From: Eledone cirrhosa
Taxonomy: Eukaryota
Assembly (NCBI GenBank): GCA_964016885.1
Contig: CAXHJY010001078.1
Location: 27,227 to 91,226, forward strand
Reading direction: 5' to 3'
DNA: 64,000 nucleotides
Shown here: positions 1-11,550 of the stretch, one piece after another
Position numbering within the stretch: position 1 is the stretch's first letter
Layout of the letters: the number at the start of each line of letters is the position of its first letter
Notes under the pieces: generated by a model
The model's input: only the letters and a program-made list of their open reading frames with translations
Databases searched by the model: none
What the model was told of the DNA's origin: nothing
Position numbers and translations under genes: made by a program

Positions 1-935
1 CCACCACGCTTCAGAAGCAGGTATGTAACTACATCAAGACCAGGAGAGGCATGGTTGCGTTTATTTTTAAGGTGACGTCGCAGCATTGCAGGTGTAAATT
101 CCATAGTTGTAATAGAATCCGATGTCAGAGGTGGTGGAGACGGTACACTCTGGTCTTCAATAGTGAAAATGCCTGTATAGCATTCAGCAATGAGCTCTGC
201 GCATTCCTCGGGGTTGTCAGTAACCTGGCTTGTGTGGGGATTGTGAAGAGGACCAACTGGAGAGTGAGGCCTCTGCTTCGAGTGAACATACTTCCAGAAC
301 ACCTTACTGTCAGGGCTGGTTGCTATGCGCTGCTCAAATTGAAGCACTGCCTTTTTTGTCACCTGTTTGAGATGATTGGATGATTTATTTCACTTCTTCC
401 TATTGATGTCTGATTTATGCAGTTTGTACTCACGTTCAGCATTACAACGTTCTTTTCTGGCAAGACGGACTGCTGCAGTCTCTCAAATTGCACTTTTGGG
501 ATGTTTTTTCTGCTTACGTGGCACTGATGCTGCACATGCTGTCCATATTGAGCTTAGGATGTTCTGGAGTACAGTGTTGACATCTCCAGAGTCATAGAAC
601 TCAAGCCAGTTTGGACGTTGCAACTCGGTGCAGTAACAGTTCCAGTCTGCTTTATTCCAGTCAAAGTGAGCAGTTTGGAGATGTTTGTAGTTTTTGTTAC
701 TGCCCATGAGGGATAGATTGGCAATGATCATAGCATGATCAGAGTCACCTAAAGGTTCCTCAGCAGTAACACTAATAACCATTTCAGGAGTAGTGGTGAA
801 GAGTAGGTCCAAAATGTTGTCACCTCTTGTTAGGGAGGTGACTACTTGGGACCAGTTTGAGTCCAGTACTAGCTCAAGGAAGTCATTTGCACTTGGTGGC
901 CAACGAAAGGTTTCCCAGTCAATCGCAGGGTGTGC
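1..935 (-). mobile_element. CR1/L2-like LINE ORF2 fragment (APE endonuclease C-terminus plus linker), frameshifted, runs off the window start
   Basis: ORF 483-941: TRGDNILDLLFT...PLGDSDH (APE end motifs), FDWNKADW; another frame downstream gives KVFWKYVHSK. Confidence 0.85.
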
Positions 936-1015
936 ACACACATATTTATAAGTATGTTGGTTTAGATCAAATTTTATAAGCCATCACATGCTCCCCTATA
1001 TCTCATTCCCTTTTC

Positions 1016-2299
1016 ATCATCATCATCATCAACGTTTAACGTCCATCTTCCACGCTTGCATGGGTTTGGACGGGAATTTTCCCACTTGAGGCAAGATTGG
1101 TTGTCTTGCTCGTATAGGACTGTCTGGCGGGTTTTCTATGGCTGGATGCCCTTCCTAACACCAAACACGTTTACAGTGTGGACTGGGAGGTTTTTACCGT
1201 GTTACCTACACGGCCACATTACAGCGTGGACTGTGTGTTTTTTGTTGTGACACCTACACGACCTCATTTATTTCAGACTGGATGTTGTGGTACCAACATA
1301 ACTTTACATCGAAAGGGGTGGTGTAGATGGGGCGGGGTGTATTTTTGTTAGAGGTGCCTACTGACTGTAGGTTTCGCTTTGAACTTAGGCAAGGCGGGTA
1401 TTCTGTATTACTGTGTAGCGCCAAAGATCTCGGTCCAGTGACATTGTCTTGGAGAGGTGTAAGTGTGTGAGGTCGGAATTTATCAAGTCGTCCCAGGTTT
1501 TTCTGGGTCTGCCTACTCCGTGGCTACCGTCTATTTGTATCGCCCTGCACTTTTTTATACAGCAGTCGTCTTTCATGCGCATCACGTGACCATACCAACG
1601 TAGTCTTCTCTCGAGTAAACAACATCTGATTCCTCTTATTCCTAATTTCTCCCTTAGTTCATTTATGCTTTGCCGTTCACGTATATTACTATTACACATC
1701 CAACGGAGCATTCAAGCTTCGTTCCTCTCCAGTCTGCGTATATCCTCTGCACACAATGCCCAAGTCTCACTGCCATGTAACATTGCTGTTCGTATGCAGG
1801 CATCATACAGCCTGCCTTTCATTTTTAGAGAGAACCCTTTAGTGGCCAATAGTGGTATAAGCTCTCTGAACTTTTACCATCCCGTTCTGACTCTAGCTAC
1901 TGTACTTTCAGAGCACCCTCCACCACTGCTGATTTTGTCACCCAGGTAACGGAAGGTGTCCACTATTTCTATAGAACCATCTCTGCAATGGAATGAGCTA
2001 GTATTCTGTGGGCACTTGCTGCTACTTATTGCACCTGAGCACCGGCCGCATATAAAATCTATATTCTTAGTTAGCTTACCTGTGATCCCACTACATCTTT
2101 TATGCACCTATACTTTGCATTTGGGACATAAAATGGAGTTTCTGCCTACTCCTTTCCTACACACTGAGCATGGCTATTTCCCAGATGGGACCAGTGCCCT
2201 ATTTTCCTTCCTACAAACTAGAACTTTAGTCTTAGACAGGTTAATTTTAAGGCCTTTTGATTCTAGGCCATGTTTCCATGTTTGGAATTTCTTCTCTAG
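1016..2299 (-). mobile_element. RTE LINE family B, 5'-truncated (PHD finger, RT end, C-terminus, long 3' UTR, (ATG)n tail)
   Basis: HKRCSG...[37 protein letters not shown]; (CAT)n at 1016-1030. Confidence 0.92.
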
Positions 2300-3908
2300 T
2301 TATGTATATTATTTATTTATGTAATTTCACAGCAGTATGGCAATAAATTCATAGCAGCATGTTTTACCTGTTCAATTTACAGACAAACCTACGAAGCTTT
2401 TTTTAAATGGCTTTAATATGTTGGATATGTTGGATAGCATATCCAAACTATAAACAGGATAACAACAGTTATAAGGCCCATGAATAGATTTTTCAACCTG
2501 TTAATTTTCTGTTTAAGTAATTTAAAAAACTGTTTCAATTATTTCTACTGAATAACACAAGTGTAATGCTGGTGAAAATGAGTGACATTGTGTGATGAAA
2601 CCGTGAATTTCTGAGAGAGCTCAATTTAACTTTGATTCCTGGAAATGGATACAAAGTAAGATTTATATCAACAAAATAGTGATCAGTGACCTACTTTTGT
2701 TTTTAGAAGGATATTTATCTAATGTCTCTGTTAATAAGTTTAATATAATCATTGCTGTGAAATCATGGGTGTAGGGCTGTATCCAAAGAAAGATGTAAAT
2801 AGAAATGTCACTGTTGTTACACTATTTTAGAAGATTACAAAAGAAGGAAACAATAAAAAATTTCATGACTCAGGGCAGATCTCCTTAACTGTTTTTCAGC
2901 ATTGCTGTGGTATTCATGCACAAAAACATCTATTAAAGATTCCTACTTTGTGATCTGGTGCTGAGGAATTATCAACATTATGTACTTTTTGATATCAAAC
3001 TGCCTAGAACCACTCCTGGTTCTACAATACAAAACTGTTTGTTTTAAAATGTTTATATTTATCTGAAAGACTTTCATCACATTCTTATGTAAGAATCTAT
3101 TTTAAATTATGCCCCAAACACTAGCTTAATAATGAGAATGTTTAATTTTTAAATTCTTCCTGGTGCTTAATTTTCAAAATGATTTGCAAACTATAGGCAG
3201 TGTCTTTCATTGAAAATATAGTAATGGAAGGGTTAACAAGCATTCCTCTCTCACTAGTCTGTACATATTGAATCTGAAACTCTCACTGGTGAAGTTGAGA
3301 ATTCTGTTTGAGATTAGGCACATTAAATTAAAATACATTTACCTTACATAATTTGATGTTTTAATGTTGTTAGTTCAAATGCTTAATGTAAGGGAACATC
3401 CTAACATTTTGTCATTAAAGGGTTAATAGAATAATGAGCAGAAATAGATTTATATTCTTTCAATTGTTTATCCACTGTTTTCCCACAAACATAGCGCTGT
3501 ATTTAGACAACAAGAAATTATTTTTGTCTGATGTTATTGTGAGTACCCTCATCACCATAGTTATCATTTTAAGTAATTAAAAAAATCAAACAAATCAGAG
3601 TTTGGGGAAACTGGTGATGGTCAGTAATATTATAATTGTTGATCTTCATCATTTACAACATTAGCTTCAGTGTTCATAAAGTTGCTATCATTGTAACTCT
3701 CAGTGTTGTTGCCAGATTTGCTGCAACCAATACAATACTGTAGTTAATACAAAGAGTTTTGTTTTTGCTTTATTTATTGCAATTATTCTTGTTAGGTTGC
3801 TGTCATTAACCACTAGTAATTATATCTCTTGTGTTCCATTAATAATGGTGGGTAAACTTAGGCTATGCATGAAAGTGTATGTGTATGTATGTAAAGTATA
3901 AATGTTGT

Positions 3909-3924
3909 TTCTCTCTCTCTCTCT

Positions 3925-3977
<53 letters not shown>

Positions 3978-4120
3978 CACACTCACATAAAAACATATCT
4001 AAAGTAATATTAATATGTATATGTGTCTATTATATAACCTATATTTGTGTATATATATATATGATATAATATAATTTTTGTTGTTTACATGTCTATATTA
4101 TGTAATTTCCATATGTATAC

Positions 4121-4176
<56 letters not shown>
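3909..4176. repeat. (CT)n/(TA)n microsatellite cluster
   Basis: Direct inspection. Confidence 0.9.
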
Positions 4177-4181
<5 letters not shown>

Positions 4182-5019
4182 ATATTGTGTATATATTTAT
4201 GTTGTATAATGATATAATAATTGCATGTGTGTATCTACAAAAAGTAAACTGATATAAAAAATATGTAAAAAAAAACCAAAATACTGAAAAGAATAGAAAA
4301 AGAAATATAAATACATGTGTAAAAACAATGGCTGGTACCCTTTTGGTAATACTCTCTAATTATCTTGCTCTTTTCAACATTGTTCTTTTGTCAGACCCAG
4401 TTCAAGTAAAATGCATTTTCAGAGTCAATTGAACAGTTGAGAATTTCTGACGCAAATTCGTTCTGATTGAGCAACATTCAATACAATAGCAACAAGAAAT
4501 AAAAAAAATAATAACAACATAAAAAGAAAAGAACAAGAAAGAAAAGCGAATGTTTATTTCAAAATTATATTGACAATGATAATAATACAAATTATTATGC
4601 ATTCATTTCTTCCGTCTGTAGTGAAGCACCACAATAGATACGAAGATTATAAAGAAAATAACATTAGTGTTTGATTTTTAAATGTATAGGTTAATAATGA
4701 TGAAAATAATAATAACAATTATGATGGTGATGATGATAATAATAATAATAATGATAAGTTTATTCTGGAAAATAGCCCACTCATTTGCATACAGTGGAAT
4801 GAATTGATCTTGAGTTATAACTGGTACTTATTTAAGTGACTATAGAAAGATGAAAAGTTCTCACTGGTAGAATTGAAACAATCTGGCTATTCAACAGCTG
4901 AAAATAGACCTTTTGAATATAATTCTTGACAAAACTAAGTAGTGCTTGGCATCTAGTTTAGTCCTTTTACCAGTTCTGCTTTTATTTATTACAACCACAA
5001 CACCAATAATGATGATATC

Positions 5020-5410
5020 TAACATAGGCACAGAGCCTCAAATTTAGGGGAAAGGAACAGTCAATTATATTGACCACAGTATTTAGCTGGTATATTTTTT
5101 TTATTGACCATTGAAGGATAACAAGCAAAGTTGACTTCAGTGGAATTTAACCCTTTAACATTTAAACTGGTTGTATCCGGCCAGAATTCTATCACCTCTT
5201 TTTATTCAGACCGACTGTAACCGGCTGCTCATACAGATGTTAAAGTATTGTTCTCTAAATAAATAATATCAAAATCTAATAGATTTCATATTATGTGAGA
5301 TAATGTGTTTACCATGAAAATACAATAGTAAATATAAAGTAATGTAAAGGGTTAAACTCAGTGTAAAGATCTGCAACAAATAGTACAAGGCATTTTATCC
5401 AATACACTAA
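5020..5410 (-). mobile_element. Old tRNA-headed Deu/Nin-type SINE, interrupted by a MITE
   Basis: Degenerate reverse match to the SINE at 46137-46320 (ctggta-ttttattgac...caaagttgac...aactcag). Confidence 0.6.
5151..5351. mobile_element. piggyBac-type MITE
   Basis: TTAA|CCCTTTA...TAAAGGG|TTAA: CCC/GGG termini with TTAA duplication. Confidence 0.8.
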
Positions 5411-5769
5411 CAACAACAATAATAATAATCCCTAACTCACACTTTATCAATTAATAATTATAATAAGGATGAGGTTATTAATGATGAAGATAACAAATGG
5501 TATATGAAAAGATTGTGAAACTTCAGAGAAATAATAGGAAACTAGGTACTGTGTCTGAAAATATGACCTATGATCAGCTGAACAATATAAGTTACAATGT
5601 TGGAGTAAACAGGCCTCGTTGCTGAATATCTGGAGATACTGTCTAACCTATGCTAGCATGGAAGATGGACGTCAAACGATGATGATGATGATACTGGTAA
5701 GGGCTTAATATTCAGTAAACAAAACTGGCAGAATAAACAACACAACTGTTGTACAAATTACAAAATAAT

Positions 5770-5970
5770 AGTTGTTTATAATTTAGGTGCAAAGCTAACG
5801 ATATTTTGTAAGGAAGAGGAACATTGATTACATCGATCCTAGTACTTGACTAGTTCTTTAGGGTGAAAGGTAAATTTGACCTCAGCAGGATTTAAACTCA
5901 GAATGTAAAGATCTGAAACAAATACTGCAAAGAATTTTATTTGAGGCTCTAATGATTCTGTCAATTCAAT
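5770..5970 (-). mobile_element. Old Deu/Nin-type SINE
   Basis: tgaaaggtaaatttgacctcagcaggatttaaactcaga is a reverse match to the SINE core and B box. Confidence 0.65.
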
Positions 5971-5994
5971 TCCTTTTACATAATAATAGTAATA

Positions 5995-6525
5995 ATTTGT
6001 TGTTTTTTATTGTGAGGTTTCTAGCAATTGGTTGCTAGGTGAAGCACATTAATTAGCCTTAGATCAGTTCCTGATCTCAGAGGCTCAATATATTGTGAAG
6101 GATTCTGGCAGTGTTAGTGATGGTAGAAATTTGAGTACTACCTATGAAATCAGGGAACCCAAGGATCTTAATGAAAGATGTAAGACATTTAGGGACCATG
6201 TCTAGTGCCCCAATGACAATTGGCATGACTTCTGTCTCAGCATGGTGATCAGTTCTGATAGCACCTGCAAGGTCTGCATACTTACTGATCTTTACCATTT
6301 CCTTTTCAGCCACATTGTGGTTTTCAGGGATTGCAATACAAATTAGAGTCCGTTTTGGTGGGGTTGTTTGTTTTTACAATATCAGGTGGACTTTATGGTT
6401 TTGATCTCAAGATACCAAAATAACTCTACTCCCTCACCTGATAGGAAGGATTCAAGAGGAGCATGTTCATACCACTGACATTGCCTTTCTATGTTGTATT
6501 TTTTTGCACAACTCCCAATGGTCTC
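5995..6525 (-). mobile_element. R4/Dong-like non-LTR element 3' end with restriction-like endonuclease, frameshifted
   Basis: WYEHAP...LFW..., PDIV (6375-6386), KEMVKISKYADLA...VMPIVIGAL...TARILHNIL*; TAA-rich tail side. Confidence 0.8.
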
Positions 6526-6752
6526 AGTAGTAGTGGTGTTGGTAGTAGTAGTAGTAGTGGTGGTGGTGCTGGTGGTGGTGGTGATAGTAGTTGTACTAGT
6601 TGTAGTAGTAGTGGTGGTGGTGGTAGTTGTGGTAGTGGTGGTGGTGGTAGTAGTAGTTGTACTAGTTGTAGTAGTAGTGGTGGTGGTGGTAGTTGTGGTA
6701 GTGGTGGTGGTGGTAGTAGTAGTTGTACTAGTTGTAGTAGTAGTGGAGGGGG

Positions 6753-6788
<36 letters not shown>

Positions 6789-6878
6789 ATAGTAGTAGTA
6801 GTAGTAATATTAGTAGTAGTAGTAGTAATATTAGTAGTAGCAGTAGTAGTAGTAGTAGTAGTAGTAGTAGCAGCAGCA
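6525..6878. repeat. (TAG)n/(TGG)n compound trinucleotide array with internal higher-order repeats
   Basis: Direct inspection; gtagttgtactagttgtagtagtagtgg recurs three times. Confidence 0.95.
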
Positions 6879-8776
6879 ATGGTGAAAATTAGCATAAAAA
6901 TCTATTAAAAATATATCACAAGCTGGAAGAAAGAAATAAAACAAATTAATAATGGATAATTTATATACTTCTGTAATTTTATTTATTTTAGTTCTGAAAT
7001 TTTTGGGATCATTTCTTTAAATGCTATTTCTACATCATTTTGATAATTATAAACTCTAAATAATACACAGCACCCTTTGAAAAATAGTTCCTTAAAGTAG
7101 ATTGTGTGTAGCAATGGGTTGGATTGAGAGAAAAGGAATATGATTATCATTATTAATATTTTAAGCTGTCAAAACAGAATTAATATGAGGAAGTTTGTAT
7201 ATCACTTCCATATATAAAAGGTGGGTGGAGAACAACAACATCAACACTTTTCTATCCATAACAAAGGATGGTATTGTATGGTGGCCTCTTGTTGTTGTTT
7301 CATCATTGTTTACCAACTGGCACAAAACAATTGTATTCATAATGCATTTCTCTCTCTCTCTCTCACACACACACACTTCCCCATTCACACATATACAAAT
7401 CACTTCCCACCCATCCACAGACATGTGCAACATAGTCTACCACAAAATATATGATCAGATATATGCACATTGTACACCTATTAAACTCACTTGAACACTA
7501 GCAAACATTCCAACTCCTTAGCATTAACATGCTGCACACCCATACACACAAAGACTTACACTCATATAAATGCCTATCTATTTTAATCATATACACACCA
7601 CACATCGAAAGGCAAGCACACAGTTTCTTCCAAATAGGTATTCATGCACACATACACCCTCATGAAAGTACATATGCTCACACACCAATACACAAATACA
7701 CACATAGACATGTTCTTATATAAACACACACAGACCATTCAGGATACAGTAAAATATCTACATAGATCTGTAAAATAAATATTCCATAAATATGTTAAAA
7801 GCCTGCTGATAGGCACACAAACAATATGGAATTATCAGATGTAAATGTATATATGCATATAAACATTCATACATACATATACACACATGACGATCTTCAC
7901 ACAATCATGCACACATTCATGAAAATATGCATATGTGCATATAAAACCACATGAACTTATTACAGAATTATATTTGCACATTAATACATGTTCATTCAAC
8001 TTTACATTGTAAGAATTATAGACAGTATATATTTATGCAAATTAGACAGTTCTCACAGGCAAACACAAGCTACATATACAAAGGTAAAAGAAACACACCC
8101 ATCTGCAAACACACACTCAGTACCTTCTAAACAAGTTCCAGATAAACATAACTGTTTTGTGACAGTTGAAACAATGACTATATTATCATTACATTTAATG
8201 CAGTGCTTGGTATGCTATCTGAAAAATGAAGTCTGTAATATATTTGCAATTTCTATTTCAAACAATTTCACGTTACTCACAAAGGCTTTTAGCAAATGCT
8301 TGATTGTTACAACTTTTCTTTAGCTTCCCTTAAAAGGCTCAGAATTCCTTTACTTACCTAAGGAACAATAATGTTGATTTATTACTTGAGTACTTAGCTA
8401 AAATATTTTTACAGGGGTTAGAAAAGTGGGGAATGAGTCAAATTTAGTATATTACTAGTCATTTTATTGTTCCTCCAGTAGAATAAACAAAAAAAAAAAA
8501 TCAACTTTATAGAAATTAAAGCTATAGATTGAAAGAAGGGTATTTAAATATTATAATGCTTCTAATCTAGCACTTTCCTTTCTCCAATAGGTTGAGGTTT
8601 ATAGCCAAGACTGTACCAAAACTTAATGTTTTGTTGTATCCAATTTTAGAAGCTCGTTAATTCTAATTCCACCAGAATCAACCTTAACTTTCATATTTTT
8701 GAAGTTTATAAAATATCTTTCAGAAAAATAATACAGTTTTATGTAAATTTTAACAGTCTCCAAATTATTATTATTA

Positions 8777-8955
8777 TTTGGCAGTATCTGTAGAGGGTCA
8801 GACGCCATGCTTTGACGCATAGAGTTACGGCCCTTGCCATTCTGAGTTCAAATCCCGCCGAAGTTAACTTTGCCTTTCATCCTTACGGGGTCGATAAAAT
8901 AAAGTACCAGTAATGCACTGGGATAATTGCTGGCCTTGTGCCAAACGTAGAAACA

Positions 8956-9015
<60 letters not shown>
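8777..9015 (+). mobile_element. tRNA-headed Deu/Nin-type SINE with (ATT)n tail
   Basis: A box tggcagtatc, B box gagttcaaatcc, core gcctttcatccttacggggtcgataaaataaagtaccag. Confidence 0.85.
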
Positions 9016-9044
9016 GTTGTTGTTGTTGTTGTTGCTGTTGCCAT

Positions 9045-9560
9045 GCAATATTTAGTTACAGCTCTTTATATTCTGAGTTCAACTCCTGCCAAGGTTAATG
9101 AAATAATGTATTGGACTCAATATCATGAATTTTCCCTGTCATCTAAAATTGCTGGCCTTGAGCTTAAATTAAAAACCACTATTAATTTTATTATTATTAG
9201 AGTTATTATTATTAGGGCAGTAGATTGGCAGTATCGGTAAGCGTTGGACGCCCCTTTACGATCTGTGTTCAGATCCCTGTGAGGTTGGCTTTGCCTTTCA
9301 TCCTTGCAGGGTCGTTAAAATAAAGCACCAGTAATGGACTGGGGTCAATTTGATCGACTTTCCCCTCCTCCAAAATTACTGACCTTGTGCCTAAAGTAGA
9401 CACAATTAATTAGAGTTCTTTACATTCTAAGTTAAAATCCTATCGTGCTCAACTTTGCATTTTATCCTTGGAGTGTTTATAAAATATAGTACCAGTAAAT
9501 TATTGAAGTCAATTTAATCATCTCGTCATTTCTACTCAAATAATTATGTTCTTAGTCTTG
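9045..9560 (+). mobile_element. Cluster of three further, more degenerate copies of the same SINE
   Basis: Best copy 9215-9410; partial copies ~9045-9185 and ~9415-9560. Confidence 0.7.
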
Positions 9561-10402
9561 GTGCTAGTATCGTTTGTAAATATATTTTGCCTTTAAGAAC
9601 GATTTGTAACTTTTAATTTTGTGTTATATATCTGTTTCTAGTAATTCTCTATTAGATAATTAATCTAGATATCTGTCTTTTTTTATTCATTATACCTGTT
9701 TCTAATAGAATAGTTTAATAGTTTTAGGGAAGCATTCTCCTCTAATGTTGAAATATATTCAAGTCAGATACTTCTCCAGGCTATTAGAGAGAATATGTAT
9801 CACTATCGATATTAAATGTATCCTTTGTGACCACATATTTGCAATATCTTATTTAAGATTCTGATGTTCACCACATATTGTTTTTATCTCAATTCTAGTA
9901 TTCCCAGTTATTGAAATATCAATTAATTCATGTTTTGCTAGATTTTTACTTGATAACTATACAGGGCTGGATGTTGAAATCCCAAAGAGATAGGTGATCT
10001 TACCATTTCTCTGTTCTTTCTATTTTTAAGAGAAATGTCTGTCTATACACACTCAAATTCACACAAATATATATATGAATGTATACATATATATATATTT
10101 GTATGTATACATATGTATATATATGTATGTATATAGCTCTTAGGTAACTACTCCATCTTTAGTCTAGTGTAAAACTAAGAATAAAACTAGCATTTTCTAA
10201 ATTACTTACAAACAAGAATAACATTCTATACACAAATGGGAAAAAGTAAAGACAATAAATATTTTCTTTTCTTTCTTGATCTCACAAAGCAGGGGTTATA
10301 ATGATGTATTTGGTGACAGTTAAATCCAAAATAATTAAAAAGAAAGTCAAAGGGACCAATGATATTTTACTATAAAAGTTGAACTTATATACAATATTGC
10401 AG

Positions 10403-10597
10403 AAAAGAACGAGTGTCGAGACCCTCCGAAAGTGCATAATGCTGTACATGATGGGCCTGAGACCCAGAAGAAATACTCTGTTGGTCACATGCTTGAGTAT
10501 CGATGTAACGAAGGTTTCACGGCTAGAAAGGAAAGTGTGCTCCGAGCATGGTGTGTCGGAGGTGAAGTGTGGGTTGGTCCTAACATGACATGTACTC
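10403..10597 (+). CDS. Internal exon encoding one Sushi/CCP domain of a host extracellular protein (possibly LEV-9-like)
   Basis: ttgcag| acceptor, |gtaagt donor, 195 bp, phase 1-1; xKNECRDPPKVHNAVHDGPETQKKYSVGHMLEYRCNEGFTARKESVLRAWCVGGEVWVGPNMTCT has the four Cys, PP, YxC..GF and W..P..C of the CCP consensus. Confidence 0.9.
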
Positions 10598-11517
10598 GTA
10601 AGTAACAGTTTTTTGCAATGATAACACACACATGCACACACAGACAGACACACACACACACACACATATATATAAGTATATGTATATATATATATGTGTA
10701 TGTGTGTGTGTATGAATATATACATATACATACAAATTTTTCATTAGTAAGAATGTTAATTGTATGTCAATCATTTTCTTTTGTTTTCAATAAGCACACA
10801 TACAATTAACAGATAAATAAATGTTCAATAATTTAAAATTAGGGACTGATTTATTCAGGGTTTCATGGTCAGTCAGTGATACATAGAAAAAGTCATTGAA
10901 TGATGTGAAAATCTGAGTAGCAGCTTCTAAAATTTTGAATTTCCCAACATTTATATATGTATATGTATATACAAATGTCCACTTGTAGTAGTCCACGGAA
11001 AATAGTGCATTTTGTTTTGCTTTCATTATTTTTTCTTCTCTTATAGCTTTTCTTTGTCAAATTGTTTTCTTTTCCAGGTGTATTCTTATAATTTTGCTCA
11101 TTTAATAAATAGCGTGCTTCTTCTTGTTTTATTTATCTTATTTTTCTTTTTAATGGATTGTGCTTTGCTATATTTTACTGTTTGTCTTATGTTTTTATTT
11201 TCAAGAACAAACCTAGGAAACCAAATTACAGAGGAAAGCAACAAATTATTCAGTGACACTAGGTGTTTATTTGTGTACAGCATCAGACTATGTACAATAA
11301 ATAGTCATACAACTGTTTTCATCAATTTCCAACATTATATATTAATTACATCAAGGAAGTCATTTTAGCCATTCAAAAACACACAAATCTGTTAACTTCA
11401 CTTCATATTTATTGTTTAGTCTTTGCTGTCAAGATCTTCATGATTCTGTTCCTGGGTTGTTCACTGACACAGTCCTACTCTAACTCCTCACTCTCTTTAT
11501 CTATTTATCTATCTATC

Positions 11518-11550
<33 letters not shown>

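Noticed and set aside
6382-6892. Poly-L/T/V/S ORFs resembling a signal peptide plus mucin
   Set aside because: Translation of the trinucleotide array.
10282-10731. ORF-track translations over the Sushi exon
   Set aside because: Wrong frame or strand; the real frame lacks a start codon because it is an internal exon.
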